Part shown: in pieces, positions 8,581-15,848 of the stretch | Position numbering within the stretch: the stretch's first letter is position 1 | How the letters are laid out: the number at the start of each line of letters is the position of its first letter | Assembly (NCBI GenBank): GCA_001822215.1 | Contig: MHQD01000032.1 | Location: 1-34,067 of the forward strand | Direction: 5' to 3' | Origin: Candidatus Sungbacteria bacterium RIFCSPHIGHO2_01_FULL_50_25 | GTDB lineage: Bacteria; Patescibacteriota; Minisyncoccia; Sungbacterales; HO2-52-23 | DNA: 34,067 nt | Notes under the pieces: model-generated | The model's database searches: none | What the model was told of the DNA's origin: nothing | What the model saw: the letters and a program-made list of their open reading frames with translations, nothing else | Program-made: the position numbers and the translations under genes

Positions 8581-9339
8581 TTAGACAGGTACGTGCGCGG
8601 ATGCGGGATCAGAAAGCTTTTCGAGCCGGCTCCTGTTAGCGCGAAGGAGCAGGAGCGCCCGCTCGAGTACTGCGCTGACTTCATCAAATTTCGGCATTTC
8701 GCTTCTTACCCGAGATAAAAGATCATTAATTTGATTTCTGATTTCCCAGAGATTCGGACTCTTTTGGAACAACTCGCGGCGAAGAGTCGCCGCGTCATCG
8801 CGCGCCACGATCTTCGCGTTGATTTCAATGTGCAATATCTCCTCAAGCTCGCGAATCTTTTTATCCCGCACTTCGAGTGAATATCGATCGTAATCCGACG
8901 TGCGCTTCCGAAGGAGATACAACACCACGATTCCAACAAAGATGATAACCGCGGCAACAGTTTTCATTATCATATCCACATACCCCCATGCGATTTCCTT
9001 CTCCTCCGAAAGGAGTTTTACCGTTGTCTCAAGAGACCGAATCGTCATTACGCCGGATATAATATCGAGTCGAAGGTCGTTCGAAGTGTGCGTGTGGCGG
9101 GCCTCGACGGCCTTGAGCCGGGACGTGAGGATTGAAGCATCGCTCCGAGCGAGCGCAAGATCGCGCTTTGCACTCGCGTTCTTCGCTTCAAGCGCGCGAA
9201 CGTAGTCAAAACACGTACGGGCGTCATAGTACTCGCCATCCGGATCGCACGGATTTTGCTGGGCCTCGGCAACCGATGGAAAGAACCCGAGCGCGAAGGA
9301 AACGATGACACTTGCGAAAACTCCACCGAAGAATCGCAT
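8581..9339 (-). CDS. Hypothetical signal-peptide, coiled-coil and single-TM protein
   Basis: AAGGAGG RBS; signal peptide ending AEA; Cys pair; heptad-rich helices flanking TM VAAVIIFVGIVVLYLL. Confidence 0.75.
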   Translation of the reverse strand: MRFFGGVFASVIVSFALGFFPSVAEAQQNPCDPDGEYYDARTCFDYVRALEAKNASAKRDLALARSDASILTSRLKAVEARHTHTSNDLRLDIISGVMTIRSLETTVKLLSEEKEIAWGYVDMIMKTVAAVIIFVGIVVLYLLRKRTSDYDRYSLEVRDKKIRELEEILHIEINAKIVARDDAATLRRELFQKSPNLWEIRNQINDLLSRVRSEMPKFDEVSAVLERALLLLRANRSRLEKLSDPASAHVPV

Positions 9340-9404
9340 ACGTCCTCCTTCGTATATGTCGGAATCAAACTAGCACAATTCTCGAAATAAATCAATGCCG
9401 AATG

Positions 9405-10496
9405 CTATTCGATTTCTTTGGGGCCTGAAACCGTATTCGCCTCGATCCCGATTTTTTCTCCGGTTATTCTCAAAAAATCCTTGTCTATTTTCCCGAACTC
9501 CTTATACGCGTGATTATACATGCTTACCGTCGTGCCAAGATTTTTCCCCAGCTTATCAAAATATATGTTATACCCGTCCAAGTGTTTCTTTAGATTCTCA
9601 ACCTGCCCGATAATCTCGCGCGCTTGCTCGGAAATTTTTTGATTTTTGAGCCCCTGGAGAACAGTCTGAAGATACGCAAGAAACGAAGTGGGAGAAACGA
9701 CGATAACCCGTTTTTGCCCCGCGTAATGAATCAAATTGCGAGTGTCGTCTCCGATCGCGCCCACTTTATTGATAAGCAAATCATAGTATACGGCTTCAGA
9801 CGGAATGAACATGAAGGCAAAATCCATGGTGTCTTCCTCCGGCTTTACATATTTTGACGTTTCATCAATCCGATTTTTTAAGTCCTGAACAAATGCGCTT
9901 TCGTAGCGCTTTCGCTCGAGCGCGTCTTTTGCTTCGAGAATCCTGTTATAATTTTCCAAGCTGAATTTTGAATCAATCGGAATAATCCGCTTGTCGACGA
10001 AAACAACCGCGTCGACAATCACGTTATTCGAAAACGGATACTGCATTTTGTAGGAACCCGGCGGAAGCACATTTTTGAGCACGGTCTCAAGATAATATTC
10101 GCCCAATATCCCTCTTTGTTTCGGATTTTTCAAAATATCCTGGAGGCTCTGCAATTGGCTCGAGAAATTTACCACCTGCCTGTTTGTTTCGTCGAGTTTT
10201 GTTAATTTCTCCGTAACCTCACTGATAAGGCGGGCTGATTGTCCTGAAATTCCCTGAATCAAATCGGCTGTTTTACCCAATTGTTCCTGGTTTGAACGGT
10301 GCGTCTCGCTTAGCTTTATATCTATCAAATGCCTCAATTCACGATTCTGCTCTGAAAGATGGCTAAGACGCTCCATAAGCGCGCCTTCCTTCTGTGACTC
10401 CTCCGTGTCCCCTTTTCCCCCGCGAGAAAGATACCAAAAGATCCCTCCGAAACCGAGTACTAAAACCGCTAATATAAGCCAAAATTGGACGTCCAT
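9405..10496 (-). CDS. rmuC: DNA recombination protein RmuC
   Basis: N-terminal TM, coiled coil, KQRGILGE, IDSKF, FAFMFIPSE, VSPTS. Confidence 0.95.
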   Translation of the reverse strand: MDVQFWLILAVLVLGFGGIFWYLSRGGKGDTEESQKEGALMERLSHLSEQNRELRHLIDIKLSETHRSNQEQLGKTADLIQGISGQSARLISEVTEKLTKLDETNRQVVNFSSQLQSLQDILKNPKQRGILGEYYLETVLKNVLPPGSYKMQYPFSNNVIVDAVVFVDKRIIPIDSKFSLENYNRILEAKDALERKRYESAFVQDLKNRIDETSKYVKPEEDTMDFAFMFIPSEAVYYDLLINKVGAIGDDTRNLIHYAGQKRVIVVSPTSFLAYLQTVLQGLKNQKISEQAREIIGQVENLKKHLDGYNIYFDKLGKNLGTTVSMYNHAYKEFGKIDKDFLRITGEKIGIEANTVSGPKEIE

Positions 10497-10521
10497 AAAG
10501 AGTTTTTTACGCTTTTTTACC

Positions 10522-10550
10522 TTGACTTTTTTGCCTCCCGGATGTATACT
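10522..10550 (+). promoter_or_regulatory. Sigma70 promoter upstream of the SLT-like gene leader
   Basis: TTGACT-17 bp-TATACT. Confidence 0.75.
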
Positions 10551-10828
10551 TGGATAAGATCACGGGTTAATGTGCCGTGATTTTTTGTTTTCCGGGGTTT
10601 TATGGAATTCGATGGTTCGACCCTAATCCCCTGGCAAGCTCAAAAAAGCGACGTGTATAAAATCTGAGCTAATGTGAGGATTGCCAGAAAGCCCCAGCCG
10701 GGGAGTACTCGCAAACCTCTTATTATATTAGCGCATATCTTTCAGTAATAATACTTACGGTTGCACTCTTTGTCCCGCAAGAGGCGAAAGAAGCGGAAAA
10801 CTCCCCTTTCCACGCCTATATTCATCCG

Positions 10829-11167
10829 GTGCCCCACACCCTCCCGCTGGAGGAGCGAAAGGCAATGGATGTAAAAGAATTCGCGGAACGCACCGCGCGC
10901 GAGGCTGGCCTTCGGCCGGACCTTATTCAAAATCTTATCCGATGCGAGTCCGAATGGAAATTGGATGCAAAAGGCGACAACGGCGCCTCATACGGCATTC
11001 TTCAATTCAAGGCGCCGACATTTGCGCTTTTTTCAAAAAAGTACGGTCTTGAAGATCTTGAGATAGAAAACCCCTATCACCAGATCGAGCTTGCGTCGCT
11101 CATGATCCGAGACGGCTATATCATACACTGGAAAAACTGCGGCAAGAAACTCGGACTCATAAAATAA
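10829..11167 (+). CDS. Transglycosylase SLT/lysozyme-like protein (true start uncertain, probably upstream)
   Basis: IRCES (catalytic Glu), GASYGILQF..PTF, HWKNC. The frame is open back to 10673 and includes a hydrophobic segment without a canonical start. Confidence 0.75.
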   Translation: MPHTLPLEERKAMDVKEFAERTAREAGLRPDLIQNLIRCESEWKLDAKGDNGASYGILQFKAPTFALFSKKYGLEDLEIENPYHQIELASLMIRDGYIIHWKNCGKKLGLIK

Positions 11168-11172
11168 CAACC

Positions 11173-11213
11173 AATCGAAAAGCTCCTACGGACTACCGAG
11201 GAGCTTTTCGATT
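11173..11213. terminator. 15-bp perfect hairpin between convergent genes
   Basis: AATCGAAAAGCTCCT / AGGAGCTTTTCGATT. Confidence 0.65.
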
Positions 11214-12556
11214 TCCGCTCGTTTCTCGCGAAGAAGCTCCTCGGTATCGGCTTCGATTACAAGCCGCACAACAGGCTCTGTATTCGACGCTCGGATATTA
11301 AACCACCAATCGGGAAATTCGATTGTGACGCCGTCAATCTCGCCCACTCGGACGTTTGGCGCGCGGCGATATCGATTCCGGGCGTCCGCAAGCGCTCGCG
11401 CTTTGTCGCGAACCGTAACATTCAATTCGCCGGTCGATGCAAACTGAATGTCCGGCTCAACAATTTTTGAAACAGGCAAGGGCGACCCCGAAACATATTC
11501 TGCAAATGCAAGGAACGCAAAAATCCCGGAGTCGTCATACGAAAAATCCTTGAAAAAGTAATGGCCCGAGCGCTCCACGCTTATGGGCGACGCGAATTTC
11601 CTCATAGCCGTCTGAAGAAACACGTATCCGCGCCGCGAAAGCTCCACCCGCCCGCCGTGTTCCTCGATCGCGCGGCGCACGGCGCGCGACGTATCAACGG
11701 GGAGGACGATGACCGCTTTTCTCTTCTTCTCGAGCGCCTTGAGCGCGATGGGAAGAAACACGAACTGCGAATCGAGCAGATTCGCTTTTTCATCAAAAAA
11801 CATGACCCGATCGCCGTCCCCGTCAAATGCAACTCCAAAATTGTATTTTCCCCGCCCGAGCTCCGCTTTTATCCATTTTTGGGATTCGGGAAGAAGCGGA
11901 TTCGGCGGATGTTTTTTAAACGAGCCATCGGGCTCAAAAAAAAGCGGAGTGTATTCGATGTTCGGAAAAAGAGAAAGAATCTGCGGAAGAAAAAGCGCGG
12001 TACTCCCCCCTCCGGCGTCGATCGCGACCCGAATGCGCCGCTTTATGGAAATATGTTTTGAAAAAAATGAAATATATTTTTCCCGGTAACTATTGTTGAA
12101 CTCTATGTTCCCGAGCATTTTTGCGCGCCGCGTCTTGCCGCGAGACGCGATTGCGCGTATCTTCTCAAGTCCGGTGCCAAGAAAGATTGACTCCCCCGAC
12201 CGCCCGCGGATTTTCAGCCCGTTATACTCTCGGGGGTTATGCGATGCCGTGACCATAATTCCGCCGTCCGCTTTTCTCTGATGCATGAGAAAGCAAAAAA
12301 ACGGACTTGTCCCCACTCCGGCGTCAATCACATCGCTTCCCTGAACGATAATCCCGCGCACAAGCGCATCGCGAAGGGACTCCGACGAAATACGAACGTC
12401 GCGGCATACAAAAAACCTTCCTCTCTTTTTGTGAAGTTTTTTCGTTATATACTCCGCGGTAGCGTATCCGATCCTTTCGACAGCATCCTCATCGAGTTCG
12501 CTTGGATATTTGCCGCGGATATCGTATGCTTTGAAAATGTCTGGATTGATATTCAG
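11186..12556 (-). CDS. Phosphomannomutase/phosphoglucomutase (alpha-D-phosphohexomutase), probable CTG start
   Basis: IFKAYDIRG lies upstream of the ORF-track start in the same frame; TASHNP, FDGDGDR, ERSGH, RASNTEP. Confidence 0.93.
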   Translation of the reverse strand: MNINPDIFKAYDIRGKYPSELDEDAVERIGYATAEYITKKLHKKRGRFFVCRDVRISSESLRDALVRGIIVQGSDVIDAGVGTSPFFCFLMHQRKADGGIMVTASHNPREYNGLKIRGRSGESIFLGTGLEKIRAIASRGKTRRAKMLGNIEFNNSYREKYISFFSKHISIKRRIRVAIDAGGGSTALFLPQILSLFPNIEYTPLFFEPDGSFKKHPPNPLLPESQKWIKAELGRGKYNFGVAFDGDGDRVMFFDEKANLLDSQFVFLPIALKALEKKRKAVIVLPVDTSRAVRRAIEEHGGRVELSRRGYVFLQTAMRKFASPISVERSGHYFFKDFSYDDSGIFAFLAFAEYVSGSPLPVSKIVEPDIQFASTGELNVTVRDKARALADARNRYRRAPNVRVGEIDGVTIEFPDWWFNIRASNTEPVVRLVIEADTEELLREKRAEIEKLLGSP

Positions 12557-12631
12557 AACGTTAAAACCGTTATAATCGTTCTAAACGATTTGGGCGATTA
12601 GAACGGCTAAAACAATTCTAACAGAAAAACT

Positions 12632-13801
12632 ATGTCACTCAAAATAGGTATCGTAGGCCTCCCGAACGTGGGTAAATCCACCCTGTTTCAGGCGCTCACG
12701 CGCCAATCGGTTGAAATCGCAAACTATCCGTTTGCGACAATCGACCCGAATATAGGCGTTGTACCCGTTCCCGACGAACGGCTCCTAAAGCTCGCCCAAA
12801 TGTCAAAATCCAGAAAAATCGTTCCGGCGGCAATTGAATTCGTTGATATTGCGGGCCTTGTCAAGGGCGCCTCAGTTGGCGCGGGACTCGGAAACAAATT
12901 TCTCACAAATATCCGGGAAGTCGACGCAATCGCCGAAGTAGTGCGCGTATTCGAGGATAACAATATCATTCACGTCTCCGGAAAGACAGATCCTATATCT
13001 GATATTGAAACAATTTCCTACGAGCTTGCGATGAAAGATCTGGAGACCGTTTTGAAGCGCCTCGAATCTGTGGAGCGCGACGTGCGCGCAGGAAAAAAAG
13101 AAGCTATCGCGGAAAAAGCCGTTCTCGAAGTGCTCCGAAGCGCTTTTGACACCGCAACACCTGCACGAAGCATCCGCCCACACGGAAAAAACGAAGCCGA
13201 GGAATTTGATGCTGTCGCGCACGCGCTCTCGCTCCTCACCGCAAAGCCGATTCTCTTTGTGCTGAATGCTTCGGAAAGTATGGTTCAAGAAAGTTGGAAA
13301 CCCGAAGGCGCTCTTTTGAAAGCGCTTTGCGGTGCCGAGTACGCCGTCATAAGCGCAAAAATCGAATCCGAGCTCGCCGAACTTCCAGACGAAGAACGAA
13401 AAGAATTTCTTTCGTCACTCGGACTTCGAGAAAGCGGACTTGCCCCGTTAGAGATCCGTTCCGCCGAAGGCGGAACGGCAGATACCAGAGGCATCTTATC
13501 TCTAACGGGGCTAGATCAACTGATACGCTTGAGCTACGAAACGCTCGCCCTCATGACTTTTTTTACCACAGGAGAGGACGAATCACGCGCGTGGACCATT
13601 CCAAAGGGATCAACCGCCCCGCGGGCGGGCCGCGCAATACACTCGGATTTTGAAGAAAAATTTATTCGGGCTGATATCATAGAATGGAATAAGCTCCTCA
13701 AGATCGGATCATGGACGCGCGCCCGCGAACTTGGAACACTCCGCACCGAAGGGAAAGAATATATTGTAAAAGACGGGGACGTAGTTGAATTTAAAATATA
13801 G
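12632..13801 (+). CDS. ychF: Ribosome-binding ATPase YchF with 24-aa in-frame insertion
   Basis: GIVGLPNVGKST, ANYPFATIDPN, DIAGLVKGAS, C-terminal TGS domain (EGKEYIVKDGD). Confidence 0.97.
   Translation: MSLKIGIVGLPNVGKSTLFQALTRQSVEIANYPFATIDPNIGVVPVPDERLLKLAQMSKSRKIVPAAIEFVDIAGLVKGASVGAGLGNKFLTNIREVDAIAEVVRVFEDNNIIHVSGKTDPISDIETISYELAMKDLETVLKRLESVERDVRAGKKEAIAEKAVLEVLRSAFDTATPARSIRPHGKNEAEEFDAVAHALSLLTAKPILFVLNASESMVQESWKPEGALLKALCGAEYAVISAKIESELAELPDEERKEFLSSLGLRESGLAPLEIRSAEGGTADTRGILSLTGLDQLIRLSYETLALMTFFTTGEDESRAWTIPKGSTAPRAGRAIHSDFEEKFIRADIIEWNKLLKIGSWTRARELGTLRTEGKEYIVKDGDVVEFKI
13443..13510. mobile_element. MITE-like mini-element copy E (68 bp), in frame within ychF
   Basis: 13-bp perfect TIR CCCCGTTAGAGAT / ATCTCTAACGGGG; flanks CTTG / CTAG; internal CCGTTCCGCC-GAA-GGCGGAACGG hairpin. 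Confidence 0.9.
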
Positions 13802-13834
13802 CGGCATGACCCCGCAAGCGCACACCTTATAAAG

Positions 13835-13859
13835 AAAAAACGCCCAATTGACAAGGGCG
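13835..13859 (-). terminator. Intrinsic terminator for the DUF5317-like gene
   Basis: CGCCC/GGGCG stem followed by T6 on the minus strand. Confidence 0.5.
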
Positions 13860-13866
13860 CGTTGTA

Positions 13867-14391
13867 TTATCGATTTTGCCGTGCACGCGTCTCAGGAATC
13901 ATCAGCGCACAACCAAGCGCGAGCAGGACATCTCCCATGCTTATGATATTCCCGAATGGCCCTGGAATCCAATCCCCGAGAAAGTTGAAAGATGTCATAA
14001 AGGACATGAGCGTATAATCGGCGTTTTCAAGAAACACATCTTTGACAAAGACCGGCATCCGCATGCCATTCGTGAGCTTCGCAACAGTATTTGCAAACGC
14101 TCCGCACCAGAATATCAAGAGACTAATCCCCGCATTGTGCAAATTTCCAACCGCAAAGATGAGAAGCATGAAAACAGAAACCGCTTTCGTTACATAGATA
14201 TCATGTGGAATCCCAAAAACCGCAAGCACCGAGGATAAGAACGCGGAGAGAAAATAGAACAAAAAGAGCCACATCGGCATTGTTTTTTTTGAAAACCAGA
14301 GGTAGAGCGCCACCCCGAATGGTATGGAAAGAACGAATCGAAATGCGTACGACGAATGGAGAAACTCGGTAAGATGCCCGACAATCTCCAT
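13867..14391 (-). CDS. DUF5317-like integral membrane protein
   Basis: GAAGGAG RBS before ATG 14391; TTGACG-17-TACAAC promoter; GAFAN..TNGMRMPV, LGDWIP and ISMGDVLL motifs recalled from this family. Confidence 0.7.
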   Translation of the reverse strand: MEIVGHLTEFLHSSYAFRFVLSIPFGVALYLWFSKKTMPMWLFLFYFLSAFLSSVLAVFGIPHDIYVTKAVSVFMLLIFAVGNLHNAGISLLIFWCGAFANTVAKLTNGMRMPVFVKDVFLENADYTLMSFMTSFNFLGDWIPGPFGNIISMGDVLLALGCALMIPETRARQNR

Positions 14392-14489
14392 GTGCTCTCC
14401 TTCTCGAGGATATTGCATTCTGTTGTAGCGTACCCGGATAATTGCGTCAACCCTTGCTTTTCCCCATAAAACTGATACACTAATCAAAT

Positions 14490-14927
14490 ATGGAAAAAGA
14501 GCCGAAAAAATACGAAATCACGTATCTCCTCGCGCCTTCCATCGCAGAAGATGCGCTTGCAAATACCGTTCAAGCAATTCACACGGCCATCGAGGAAGAA
14601 AAGGGTTTTATTTCCCATTCCGAATCACCGCGGAAACGGCATCTCGCCTATCCGGTTGGAAAAGAAACAAGCGCGTATTTCGGCTGGACAAGATGCACGC
14701 TTCTCCCGAATGCGATTTCGGCTGTTGAAAAGAAAATAAAGGCAAATCCGTCCGTCATCCGGCACATTATCGTCGAAGATACGATACCCGCGATGGCGCC
14801 GCCCCGCATGCCCCGAATGATGCCTCCGACAATGCCTGCGGCACTCCCGAAACGCGAAGAAGAAGCCGATGAGCGCCTTGATCTTGAGGGACTCGATAAA
14901 AAATTGGAGGAAATACTTGGGAAATAA
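14490..14927 (+). CDS. rpsF: 30S ribosomal protein S6
   Basis: KYEITYLL, RHLAYPV, VIRHII; rpsF-ssb-rpsR order. Confidence 0.93.
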   Translation: MEKEPKKYEITYLLAPSIAEDALANTVQAIHTAIEEEKGFISHSESPRKRHLAYPVGKETSAYFGWTRCTLLPNAISAVEKKIKANPSVIRHIIVEDTIPAMAPPRMPRMMPPTMPAALPKREEEADERLDLEGLDKKLEEILGK

Positions 14928-14937
14928 CGAACATGAA

Positions 14938-15050
14938 TCCCGTTAGAAGCTACGGCCGCTTTGCACAAAACAAATTACAAAAATTTTATTATTTTAATTA
15001 ATAACTGGCAGTATCAAAGTCAAGTAGACCGCGACCTGCTTCTAACGGGA
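14938..15050. mobile_element. MITE-like mini-element copy F (113 bp) inserted at the ssb start codon
   Basis: 13-bp perfect TIR TCCCGTTAGAAGC / GCTTCTAACGGGA; TGAA duplicated at 14934-14937 and 15051-15054. Confidence 0.9.
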
Positions 15051-15505
15051 TGAATCTCAACAAAGCATTCATTATGGGGAATCTCACGCGCGACCCGGAG
15101 CTCCGACAGACTCCTTCGGGACAAGCCGTCTGCTCATTCGGAGTTGCAACAAACCGCTTTTATACCGATCAATCAGGGCAAAAACAAAAACAGGCAGAAT
15201 TCCATAACGTAGTCGCGTGGGGAAAACAGGCGGAGATTGTAAACCAATATCTGAAAAAAGGTAGCTTGATCTTTGTCGAGGGCCGCATTCAGACGCGAAA
15301 TTGGCAGGATCCGCAAGGCACGAAGCACTACCGGACCGAGGTGATTGCAGAACGCGTTCAGCTGGGCCCGCGGCTTGGCGGCGGGATCCCGGCGCAGCAG
15401 CAAGAACCAGCGCCGCGGTCAGAGGCGACAAAAGAGGACGAGACCCCGATTATCGAGCTTCCGACTGAAGACGACGGAATTGATGTGAAGGATATACCTT
15501 TTTAA
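15050..15505 (+). CDS. ssb: Single-stranded DNA-binding protein
   Basis: NKAFIMGNLTRDPELR, VEGRIQTR, acidic DIPF C-terminus. Confidence 0.98.
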   Translation: MNLNKAFIMGNLTRDPELRQTPSGQAVCSFGVATNRFYTDQSGQKQKQAEFHNVVAWGKQAEIVNQYLKKGSLIFVEGRIQTRNWQDPQGTKHYRTEVIAERVQLGPRLGGGIPAQQQEPAPRSEATKEDETPIIELPTEDDGIDVKDIPF

Positions 15506-15515
15506 CGATGTATAA

Positions 15516-15527
15516 TTTCTAACGGGA
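15516..15527. repeat. Solo right end (G) of the mini-element at the rpsR start
   Basis: TTTCTAACGGGA-TGAA, the same junction as at ssb. Confidence 0.65.
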
Positions 15528-15739
15528 TGAAAGAGCAAATAAAAAAACAGTGCTATTTTTGCACGACAAACCGCCCGATCGACTATAAGGACGCTGATCT
15601 CTTAAAGCGCTTTATGTCAGCGGGAGCAAAAATCTATTCGCGCAGGAAATCTTTCCTCTGCGCATACCACCAGCGGGAATTCTCGCAAGCCGTAAAACGA
15701 GCGCGCTATCTAGCGCTCGTACCATACACGTCGAGGTAG
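15527..15739 (+). CDS. rpsR: 30S ribosomal protein S18 (Zn-binding type)
   Basis: CYFC, IDYKD, CAYHQR, VKRARYLALVPY. Confidence 0.96.
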   Translation: MKEQIKKQCYFCTTNRPIDYKDADLLKRFMSAGAKIYSRRKSFLCAYHQREFSQAVKRARYLALVPYTSR

Positions 15740-15775
15740 GGATTAGATTATGGGGGGTTAAGGAATAGTGACTCC

Positions 15776-15800
15776 AAAAGCTCATATGCGTGAGCTTTTT
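15776..15800 (+). terminator. Terminator of rpsF-ssb-rpsR
   Basis: AAAAGCTCA-TATGCG-TGAGCTTTTT. Confidence 0.75.
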
Positions 15801-15848
15801 AAATCTAGGAAATTCGCATTTGACTTTCTTTTATAAAGGGAATGATAT

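Noticed and set aside
10594..10620. GGGGTTTTATGGAATTCGA resembles a tmRNA 5' end
   Set aside because: No T-arm/acceptor 3' end within the expected distance; that span is occupied by the SLT-like CDS.
13443..13510. ychF insert as an intein or self-splicing intron
   Set aside because: Far too short, lacks Cys/Ser...His-Asn intein ends and group I/II cores; explained by TIR plus duplication.
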